A stretch of DNA of 64,000 bases, from positions 464,313 to 528,312 of the forward strand of contig CAVTEG010000015.1 of assembly GCA_963733815.1 (NCBI GenBank), in the 5' to 3' direction. The DNA is from an uncultured Acidobacteriota bacterium. Lineage in GTDB: Bacteria; Acidobacteriota; Thermoanaerobaculia; UBA5066; Gp7-AA6. The notes under the pieces were generated by a model that was not told where the DNA came from, ran no database searches, and saw nothing but the letters and a program-made list of their open reading frames with translations. Position 1 is the stretch's first letter. Each line of letters starts with the position of its first letter. Positions 21,703 to 29,628 of the stretch are shown here, piece after piece. Made by a program: the position numbers and the translations under genes.

Positions 21703-22895
21703 CAGGCCGCCTGGCGCCGGGATCGGCCGGATTGCGTGCGCCGCGCCTTCGCCCGCGCTTTCGCCACGACCGCCGCTTTGACGCAGACGATCGGCGGCAG
21801 GCCATCCGCAGCCAGCTTCCAGCTGCGGCCTTCGTCGCGCGAGGCATAGACGCGGCCGCTGCGCGTCCCGAAGTACACGCCGGCCGGATCGAGCGAGTCG
21901 ACCGACATCGCGTCCCGCACGACGGTTTCCAGCGCCCCCTTCTGCGGAAGTCCCCGGGTCATCGCCTGCCAGGACTTCCCGGCATTCTTCGTGCGGTAGA
22001 CGCGGAGCTTCCCGTCCGGCGTGCAGCGGAAGCCGTCGGAGTGCAACGGCAGCACGAACGCCGTGTCCGGGTCGCGGGGATGGACCCCCACGCAGAATCC
22101 GAAATCCGAAGGCACTCCGTTGGCGACGTCGTTCCAGGAGTCTCCACCGTCGTCGGAGCGGTACAGGCCCCAGTGGTTCTGCAGGAACAGGCGGTCGGGT
22201 TCGGCCGCGTTCTGCGCGATCTTGTGGACGCACTGGCCGAACTCGGGATGCGGATCCGGAAGGAATTCGGCGCGCACGCCGCGATTCTTGACCTGCCAGC
22301 TCCGGCCTCCGTCGTCGGTCCGGTACGCGCCGCCCGTCGAAGTCGCGACGACCATCCGGCCAGGACGCTTCGGATCCACGAGGACCGTGTGGAGGCAGAG
22401 CCCGCCTCCTCCCGGCATCCATTTCGCGCGGTGGGGATGGTTCCAGAGCCCGTCGTTCAGGCTCCACGTTTCCCCGGCGTCGCGCGACTCGAAGAGAGCC
22501 GAAGGTTCCACGCCGCAGAAGATCGCGTCCGCGTCCTCGGCTCGGCCTGGCGAAATCTGCCAGATGTTCTTCAGGGTCGCTCCCGAGCTTTCGGGAAACC
22601 GCACGCGCGGCGTCTCGGGCTGGCTCCACGTCTTTCCAAAATCGTCACTGAAGCAGAGCTCGGCTCCCCAGTGCATGCTGGACGGTGCGACCCAGATCCG
22701 GCGGCGTCCGGCGCGCGCGTCGAAGGCCGAGGCGTAAACCGAGCTTCCGGGGAAGTGCGGCCCCGACATCTGGAACTTCCGGCGTCCGCGGTCGGAGCGG
22801 AGCAGGAACAGGCCCTTCATCGTTCCGACGAGGACGAGCAGATCCCCGTCGCGAGGTGAGAGAGGCGGAGGCGGCTTGAGCTTTTTGGCCGGCAT
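21702..22895 (-). CDS. BNR/Asp-box repeat beta-propeller protein (sialidase-like fold, function unknown)
   Basis: ORF 21702..22895. It has six Asp-box-like motifs: SDDFGKTW, SRDAGETW, TDDGGRSW, SDDGGDSW, TKNAGKSW and SRDEGRSW. Confidence 0.8.
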   Translation of the reverse strand: MPAKKLKPPPPLSPRDGDLLVLVGTMKGLFLLRSDRGRRKFQMSGPHFPGSSVYASAFDARAGRRRIWVAPSSMHWGAELCFSDDFGKTWSQPETPRVRFPESSGATLKNIWQISPGRAEDADAIFCGVEPSALFESRDAGETWSLNDGLWNHPHRAKWMPGGGGLCLHTVLVDPKRPGRMVVATSTGGAYRTDDGGRSWQVKNRGVRAEFLPDPHPEFGQCVHKIAQNAAEPDRLFLQNHWGLYRSDDGGDSWNDVANGVPSDFGFCVGVHPRDPDTAFVLPLHSDGFRCTPDGKLRVYRTKNAGKSWQAMTRGLPQKGALETVVRDAMSVDSLDPAGVYFGTRSGRVYASRDEGRSWKLAADGLPPIVCVKAAVVAKARAKARRTQSGRSRRQAA

Positions 22896-22906
22896 GACGC
22901 GACAGT

Positions 22907-23497
22907 CTATTCAATCCAGCGCGCGTAGAGGTCCGTGACTTTTCGGCGCAAGTCCTCGAGACTGCCGTCGTTGACCAGCACGTCGTCGGCGCGGGCGCGC
23001 GCGGCGTCGGCCGAAATCTGCGCGGCCATCCGGCGGCGGGCATCTTCGTCGTCGCCGCCCTTGGCGAGCCACCGCCGGAGGCGCTCCGCCTCGGGAGCCG
23101 TCACGAGGAGGATGCGGTCGTAGTCCGACTCGGTCTTCGCCTCCAGCAGCTGCGAGGCCTCCGCCACGGCGACCCGTGCGCCGACGCGCGCGGCATCGGC
23201 GAAGCGGCGCGCCCGTTCGGCGCGCACGAACGGGTGGATTCGCCCTTCCAGCGCGTGGCGTGCGACCGGGTCGCGGAAGACGATCGCCGCGATCTTTCCC
23301 CGGTCCACGCGTCCGTCGCTCCCGAGCACCTCGTCTCCGAACAGGTCGCGCGCGGCCGCCTCTCCTGCAGCTCCCGGAGAGTAGAGGTCGCGCACGATTG
23401 CGTCGGCGTCGAAGACGACCGCGCCCAGGGAGCGCAGGATGGATGCCACCTCGGACTTTCCCGAGGCGAGGCCCCCCGTCAAGCCGACGCGGAGCAC
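22907..23497 (-). CDS. coaE: dephospho-CoA kinase
   Basis: ORF 22907..23497 (GTG start). It has the P-loop GLTGGLASGKS and the CoaE-typical VFDADAIV. Confidence 0.9.
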   Translation of the reverse strand: MLRVGLTGGLASGKSEVASILRSLGAVVFDADAIVRDLYSPGAAGEAAARDLFGDEVLGSDGRVDRGKIAAIVFRDPVARHALEGRIHPFVRAERARRFADAARVGARVAVAEASQLLEAKTESDYDRILLVTAPEAERLRRWLAKGGDDEDARRRMAAQISADAARARADDVLVNDGSLEDLRRKVTDLYARWIE

Positions 23498-23501
23498 CGA
23501 G

Positions 23502-24848
23502 TCAGCGGGCTGGCGACTTGACGACCTCGCCGCCCTTCATCACGAAGTCGACCTTCGAGAGAACCGAGACGTCGGAGAGCGGATCCCCGGCCACCGCCAC
23601 GACGTCCGCGAACGCGCCGGGCTCGATGGATCCGACCTGCCCGGTCATCCCCAGAAGGTCCGCGGCCACGGTCGTGGCGCTGCGGATGGCCTCGAGCGGC
23701 GTCATGCCGAGCTTGACCTCGAACTCGAATTCCTTCGCCTGGTTGAGCTCCGTCCAGGGGAAGCCGCCCGCGTCCGTGCCGAATGCGATCTTCACGCCGG
23801 CTTTCCGGCAGTTGTCGAAAGACTTCGCGTGCGACTTCTCGGTCTGGCTGCAGACCGCGCAACCTGCGGCCGCGCGCGGCCCGGCCACGTAGTCGGCGAC
23901 CACGAGAGTCGGCACGAGGAAGATTCCCTTGCGCGCCATCTCCTTCGCCAGCTCGGGCCGGATCGAGTCGCCGTGCTCGATCGAGTCCACACCGGCCTCG
24001 ACCGCGATCCGCACGCCGGAGTCCGACCGGGCATGCGCCGCGACCTTCGCCCCGTGCGCGTGCGCCTCCGACACGACGGCCGCGATCTCCTCCTTGGTCC
24101 AGTTGGGAGGCGAGTCGATATAACCGTCGTCGACCACGCGCAATCCGCCGGTGTTCGCGTAGATCTTGACCAGGTCGGTGCCGTAGGAGAGCTGCTCCCG
24201 GACGGCTTTGCGACAGCCGTCGGCGCCGTCGCAGACCATGACGCCCGACGGAAACTTCCAGTCCGGACGGTAGTGCTGGATCGGGTAGCTGCCGGTCGTC
24301 GAGAGGGCCGGACCGACGACCTTGAGGCGCGGTCCCGGCACGACGCCCTCGTTGACCGCGTCGCGCAGCGCGACGTCGTCGTACCCGGCGCCCTCGGTCT
24401 CGAGGTCGCGCATCGTCGTGAACCCGTGGTCGAGAGCGATCTTCATGGCCCGCACGGCCCGGGCCACGCGGTGCGCCGGATACTCCTTGAGGATCTGCTC
24501 GTCGTATTCGACGGCCGTGGGATCCCCCTGCAGAAGGATGTGCGTGTGCGCGTCGATGAGTCCGGGCAGGAGGACCCGGTCGCCGAGGTCCACGACCGTC
24601 AGGCCCGCCGGCGCGGTGTCGCCGACCGACTCGATGCGGTCGCCCGCGACGATCACGACGGGGTGCTCGCGGTACTTCCCGGACTTGACATCGAGGAGAC
24701 GGCCGGCCTTCACGGCGGTGCGGGTCGTGGGCTTTTCGGCTCCGAGGGCGAGGGCCGCGCAAACGATCGCGGCGGAAGCGACGGCAAGTTTGTTTGAGCG
24801 GCGCTCGACGCGCCGACGAGAGCGAAGACTTGTTCCCGTCTTGTCCAT
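23502..24848 (-). CDS. secreted metal-dependent amidohydrolase (imidazolonepropionase/Xaa-Pro dipeptidase-like)
   Basis: ORF 23502..24848. The signal/anchor is KLAVASAAIVCAALALGA. It has the HxH motif LPGLIDAHTHIL and later His/Asp ligands (AAHA, IEHG, FGTDAG). Confidence 0.85.
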   Translation of the reverse strand: MDKTGTSLRSRRRVERRSNKLAVASAAIVCAALALGAEKPTTRTAVKAGRLLDVKSGKYREHPVVIVAGDRIESVGDTAPAGLTVVDLGDRVLLPGLIDAHTHILLQGDPTAVEYDEQILKEYPAHRVARAVRAMKIALDHGFTTMRDLETEGAGYDDVALRDAVNEGVVPGPRLKVVGPALSTTGSYPIQHYRPDWKFPSGVMVCDGADGCRKAVREQLSYGTDLVKIYANTGGLRVVDDGYIDSPPNWTKEEIAAVVSEAHAHGAKVAAHARSDSGVRIAVEAGVDSIEHGDSIRPELAKEMARKGIFLVPTLVVADYVAGPRAAAGCAVCSQTEKSHAKSFDNCRKAGVKIAFGTDAGGFPWTELNQAKEFEFEVKLGMTPLEAIRSATTVAADLLGMTGQVGSIEPGAFADVVAVAGDPLSDVSVLSKVDFVMKGGEVVKSPAR

Positions 24849-24969
24849 CGTTATGGCTCCCCGAAGGTTAGCGGCGCTCGTAAGGCCATCTCATACTGTT
24901 TCCTAGCAAACCTGTTGGCGGAGAAGCCTATCGCGGCGGCGAAAAAAGAGTTTCGTTTCCCCTAAACAA

Positions 24970-25001
24970 TCTACAGGAGCCGACGTATCCTCTCCTGTAG
25001 A
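24970..25001. promoter_or_regulatory. perfect 10-bp inverted repeat upstream of PadR (candidate PadR operator) in a divergent promoter region
   Basis: tctacaggag (24970-24979), 12-nt spacer, ctcctgtaga (24992-25001). It ends 18 nt before ATG 25020. An SD-like ggagg lies at 25011-25015. Confidence 0.45.
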
Positions 25002-25019
25002 GATTCGAGGGGAGGGCCG

Positions 25020-25350
25020 ATGCCGTCGGAAAAGAGCGATCTGCTGCAGGGAACCTTGGACGTCCTGATTCTAAGACCCTCTCGACGGGTCGATGCACGG
25101 CTGGGGATCTCGCAGCGCATCCAGCAGGTCTCGCAGGACGTGCTGCAGATCAACCAGGGGTCGCTCTATCCCGCGCTGCATCGACTCGAAGAGAGGGGCT
25201 TGATCGCGGCGGAGTGGGGCAACTCCGAGAACAACCGGCAGGCGAAGTTCTACAGCCTCACGCGCGACGGGCAGAGAGCAGCTCGCGGAAGAGACCGAAA
25301 CTGGGAGCGCGTCGCGGCCGGCTGTCGCCCGCGTGCTGGCCACGACCTAG
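25020..25350 (+). pseudogene. PadR-family transcriptional regulator (acidobacterial type), frame-scrambled at several points
   Basis: MPSEKSDLLQGTLDVLIL......ISQRIQQVSQDVLQINQGSLYPALHRLEERGLIAAEWGNSENNRQAKFYSLTRDG matches the PadR winged helix. The expected KTLSTG.MHGWG is present but split over two other frames (25073-25104). The tail QLAEETE..VARVLATT-TAG (stop 25348-25350) is also frame-shifted. Confidence 0.75.
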
Positions 25351-25361
25351 AAGGAGGGCGT

Positions 25362-28026
25362 ATGATCCGCCGCTCGTCGGAAGCGGCTCGGGGCTATGGC
25401 CGGAGACGACGGGTCGAGGCCGACCTCGACGGGAGCTGGCCTTCCACTCGAGATGGAGACGGAGCAGAACGTCCGCGCGGGCATGGCGCCGGAGGAAGCG
25501 CGTCGCGCCGCGCTGCGTCACGTTCGGCGGCATGGACAAGGTCAAGGACGGATCGCGCGAGGCGTCGCGGGCGCTCTGCTCCGAGATCGCTCGTCCAGGA
25601 CGTCCGCTACGGCATCTGCGCTTCGCTGCGCAAGATCCCCGGGTACGCCGCCGCGGCCGTGCTGACGCTGGCGCTCGGCATCGGCGCCAACACGGCGATC
25701 TTCCGCGTCGTCACGGCGTGCTGCTGCCGCCGCTGCCCTATCCGCGACGGCGGAGAAGCTGGTCGTGATCCAGGCGGACGCGCCGGCGCGGGGATCTCGG
25801 ACGCCGCTTCGCTCCGCTGGAGATCGAGCGATCTGCGGACGCAGTCGCGCGCTCTCGAGCGACGTCGTCGAGTACCACTCGATGTGGTTCATCCTGCTCG
25901 GAGGCACCGAGCCCGAACGCGTCCAGACCGGAGTCGTCTCGGCCAACTTCTTCGACGTGCTCGGCGTCAAGCCGGTCGCTGGGCCGACGTTTCTGCCTGG
26001 AGACGACAAGCACGGCGCCGAGGCGGTCCTGGTTCTTTGCCACGAATACTGCATGCGCGCGTTCGGCGGCGACGCGCGGTTGTGGGCCGCGTGTTCCGCA
26101 TGAACGACCGGCCGCACACGGTCGTCGGCGTCCTGCCGCCGATCCCGGGTTATCCCGAGGACAACGACGTCTACATGCCGGCGTCGGCGTGTCCGTTCCG
26201 GTCGGATCCGGAGGTCGAGAACAACCGCGACGCGGGAATGCTGCTCGCGTTCGCCCGGCGTAAGCCTTCCGCGCCGCTTTCGGACGTCCGCCGCGACCTC
26301 GGTGAGATCGCCGGGCGCCTCGAGAAGGACTATCCCAAGAACTATCCCGCGGCCGCGCGGATGGCGTTCACGCCGCAGCCCCTCTCCGAAGAGCTCACCC
26401 GGCGCGCGCGGCCGACCTTCCTGATGCTCTTCGGGACCGTCGGCCTCGTTCTCCTGCTCGCCTGCGCCAACGTCGCGAACCTCTCTCGCGCGCCTGATCC
26501 GCCGCGAGAAGGAAATGGCGCTGCGCTCGGCGCTGGGCGCGGGCCGCGGGCGGCTGACCCGACAACTGCTGACGGAGAGCGTCCTGCTGGCCTTCGTTGG
26601 GGGAGCCCTCGGGCTCGTGTTCGCCGCTGCGGGACGAGGCCTGCTCGTCCACTTCGCCCAGCGTTTCACGCCTCGCGCCTCCGAGATCGCGATCGACACA
26701 CCGGTGCTCCTGTTCACGATCGCCGTCTCCCTCGTCGTGGGCGTCGGCCTGGGTCTGATCCCGGCGATCTCGGGCCGGCGGAGCCTCGTTTCGGCCCTCC
26801 AGGAGGGCAAGGGCGAAGGGTCCGCGACGGTAGGAGGCCGGCTGGGCATTCGCAACATGCTGATCGTGGCGCAGGTCGCCATCAGCTTCGTGCTCCTGGC
26901 CGGAGCCGGCCTGATGCTCCGGACGCTCTGGAAGCTCTCGAACGTCGATCCGGGCTTCCGGACGGATCGCATCCTGACGTCGCGGCTGGATCTGAACTTC
27001 AGCCGCTACAAGACGGACGAGGAGCGCCGCGCGTTTCAGGTCGGGTTGCTCGATCGTCTCCAGGCCGAGCCGGGCGTCCAGTCAGTCGCTCTCGCCGGCA
27101 GCTTCCCGCTGAACGAGCGGGGCCCCTCGAACGGGCGCTTCGAGATCGAAGGACGTCCCCCTGTTGCCGCCGAGGCGCGGCCGCGCGCCGACTTCCAGCG
27201 CGTGAGCCCCGACTATTTCAAGACCATCAGCGTGCCGATCCTGCGCGGGCGCTCGCTGTCGGAGGGCGACCGGGAGGGCGCGCCGCTTGCCGCGGTCATC
27301 AACCAGTCGCTCGCCCGCCATTTCTGGCCGGGGGAAGACCCGGTGGGCCGGCGGATCGGCGTGGACAACGGGCCGGAGAAAAAGGACTGGCTCACGATCG
27401 TCGGGGTCGTCGGAGACGTCCGGCAGTACGGTCTCGCGGATCCGCCGGTGGACCAGATCTACGTAGCGATGCGCCAGTATCCCGGCCTGTCGACGACGGC
27501 CCTCCTGCGAACGGCGGTGGAGCCGGAGCGCATGGAGCGGACAGTACGAGCCGCCGTCCACGCGATCGGACCGGAGCAGCCGGTGGATCGCTTCCGGACG
27601 ATGGCCGAGGTGCGTTCGGGCGCTCTCGACAACCCGAGGCTGACGGCGGTGCTGCTCGCCGCCTTCGCCGCCCTGGCGCTGGTCATCACCGCGACCGGAA
27701 TCGCGGGCGTGATCGGGTTCTCCGTCGGCCAGCGGCGGCGCGAGTTCGGAATCCGGATGGCGCTGGGCGCCCTTCCGGGAACGGTGCAGGGAATGGTCCT
27801 CAAGCAGGGAATGCGCCTCGTGCTGGCCGGCCTCGCGCTGGGGCTCGCGGGGGCCTTCGTCGTCAACCGGCTGTGGGCGGGACTGCTCTACGAAGTCGCC
27901 CCGTCGGATCCGATCACGTATTCGGTGGTGGCGTTCGGACTCGGGCTGATCGCCGCGGCCGCGTGCCTGGTCCCCGCGCGGCGGGCCACGGCGGTCGACC
28001 CGATGGTGGCGCTTCGCAGCGCCTGA
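25362..28026 (+). pseudogene. ADOP-family permease, copy 1 (duplicated FtsX/MacB-type); N-terminal half frameshifted, C-terminal half intact
   Basis: SD aaggagg precedes ATG 25362. N-terminal pieces [76 protein letters not shown] and HSMWFILLGGTEPERVQTGVVSANFFDVLGVKP alternate among three frames up to about 26515. ORF 26515..28026 is intact (second FtsX module [20 protein letters not shown]-term VDPMVALRSA). Confidence 0.8.
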
Positions 28027-28037
28027 AGGGGAACGCG

Positions 28038-29051
28038 ATGAAGCGCAGAATGGCTCTTGCGGCGCTGGCGCTGTCTGCGGCGATGCCTCTCTCCGCGATC
28101 GGTCCGAAGGATCCCGGAGCGAAGAACCTCGCCATCGTTCTCTTCCCCGGGGTCCAGATCATCGACTACACGGGCCCGTACGAGGTCTTCGGCCACGCGC
28201 GCGTCGGCGACCAGCGCGTGTTTCGCATCTACACGGTGGCGCCCTCCGCCGGTCCGCTCCGCACGGCGATGGGCATGACCGTCACTCCGGAGTTCACCAT
28301 CGCCAACGCACCGAAACCCGACGTGCTCGTCGTTCCGGGAGGCAACGTGCCTCCGCAGTTGGAGAATGCCGAGCTCGTGAGCTGGATCCGCGAAAGCGCC
28401 CGCACCAGCGAGGTCGTGCTGTCGGTCTGCAACGGCGCCTTCTTCCTCGCCAAGGCCGGACTCCTGGACGGCCTGGAGGCCACGACGTTCGCGGGTCTCA
28501 TCGACGAGCTGCGCGTGGCCGCTCCGAAGACGCGGGTCGTGACCGACCGGCGCTTCGTCGACAACGGAAAGATCGTCACCGCCGCGGGGCTCTCCTCGGG
28601 AATCGACGGAGCCCTCCACGTCATCGAGAAGCTGTACGGCAAGGGCACGGCGCAGGTGGCCGCGGTCCAGATGGAGTACGACTGGCGGCCCGACTCCGGT
28701 TTCGCGCGCGCCGCGCTCGCCGACCGGCATCTGCGGCCGGCGTACGACGCGCTGGAGGAGTATCGAGGCCGTGTCCTCTCGCACGAGGGCTCCCGCGAGA
28801 AATGGGAGACGTCCTTCTCGATCCAGACGAGCGCCGCCCCGTCGGCCATCCTCGCCAGGGTGGACGCCGCGCTCTCCTCGCGCCGCGATTGGACGAAAGG
28901 GCCGGCGCCCGCCGGCAAGGCGTCGGCTTCCGAGAGCCGGTGGCGCTACCGGGATGAGGCCGGAGCGACCTGGACCGAGGTCACCCGCGTCGAGCCCGCC
29001 CGCGAGCCAGGGTCCGTGCGCGTCGTCCTGTCGATCACCCGCGCAGGCTAG
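28038..29051 (+). CDS. DJ-1/PfpI (class-I glutamine-amidotransferase-like) family protein with signal peptide and extra C-terminal domain
   Basis: ATG 28038 lies in the frame of ORF 25020..29051. The signal peptide is MKRRMALAALALSAAMPLSA. The nucleophile elbow is VLSVCNGAFFLAKAGLL. About 130 further residues have no family that I recognise. Confidence 0.8.
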   Translation: MKRRMALAALALSAAMPLSAIGPKDPGAKNLAIVLFPGVQIIDYTGPYEVFGHARVGDQRVFRIYTVAPSAGPLRTAMGMTVTPEFTIANAPKPDVLVVPGGNVPPQLENAELVSWIRESARTSEVVLSVCNGAFFLAKAGLLDGLEATTFAGLIDELRVAAPKTRVVTDRRFVDNGKIVTAAGLSSGIDGALHVIEKLYGKGTAQVAAVQMEYDWRPDSGFARAALADRHLRPAYDALEEYRGRVLSHEGSREKWETSFSIQTSAAPSAILARVDAALSSRRDWTKGPAPAGKASASESRWRYRDEAGATWTEVTRVEPAREPGSVRVVLSITRAG

Positions 29052-29135
29052 TTGGTCCTTCCGGCGAGGCCATTCGTCCCGCCGGGATAAACCTCGGGGC
29101 CCGAAAGCCGTTTGAACCCGCCAGGAGTGGTTCGC

Positions 29136-29628
29136 ATGACGAAGGTCACGCTCACGGTCAACGGGCGCCCGCGCACCGTCGAGGTAGTCGACGCGAATAT
29201 GCCGCTGCTATGGGTGCTCCGGGACGGGCTCGATCTGACCGGAACCAAGTACGGCTGCGGCATCGGCGTCTGCGGCGCCTGCACCGTGCACTCGATGGGG
29301 AGGCGACCCGGCGTGCCAGGTGCCCACTCGGGCGGCGATGGGCCGGCGCGTGACGACGATCGAAGGACTCTCCTCGGACGGCAACCACCCGTGCCAGCGC
29401 GCCTGGCTCGAAGAGGACGTCGCGCAGTGCGGCTACTGCCAGCCGGGGATGATCATGGAGGCGGCGGCGCTTCTCGCGGCGAAGGCGGGCCGACGAACGA
29501 GGAATCGAGCGGCGTTCGCCGACCACGTCTGCCGCTGCGGGACTGGCAGCGTATCCGGCGCGCGGTGCGCAGCGCGCCGGCTGGCCGGAAGGCGGCAGGC
29601 CGGCGCGCGTTCGGAGGTCAGCCGATGA
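29136..29628 (+). pseudogene. (2Fe-2S)-binding small subunit of an aldehyde-oxidase/isoquinoline-oxidoreductase-type molybdoenzyme (IorA-like), frameshifted
   Basis: It starts [17 protein letters not shown] and has [24 protein letters not shown] (first cluster). After a frame change come [44 protein letters not shown] (second cluster, frame of ORF 29320..29628) and CRCGT..QRIRRAV. The putative stop overlaps the next ATG (ATGA at 29625-29628). Confidence 0.75.

Noticed and set aside
19448-21847. A 799-aa ORF extending the glycosyltransferase upstream
   Set aside because: The upstream 340 or so codons overlap miaE and the MoaD-like gene in a different frame and are Arg/Pro/Gly-rich. Only the part downstream of the miaE stop resembles a GT2 enzyme.
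25020-29051. A single 1343-aa ORF suggesting a giant PadR-fusion protein
   Set aside because: Only the first 110 or so codons (PadR) and the last 337 codons (DJ-1/PfpI-like) make sense in this frame. The middle is an out-of-frame read of ADOP-1, whose real sequence lies in other frames and in ORF 26515..28026. It stays open only because of GC-rich codon bias.
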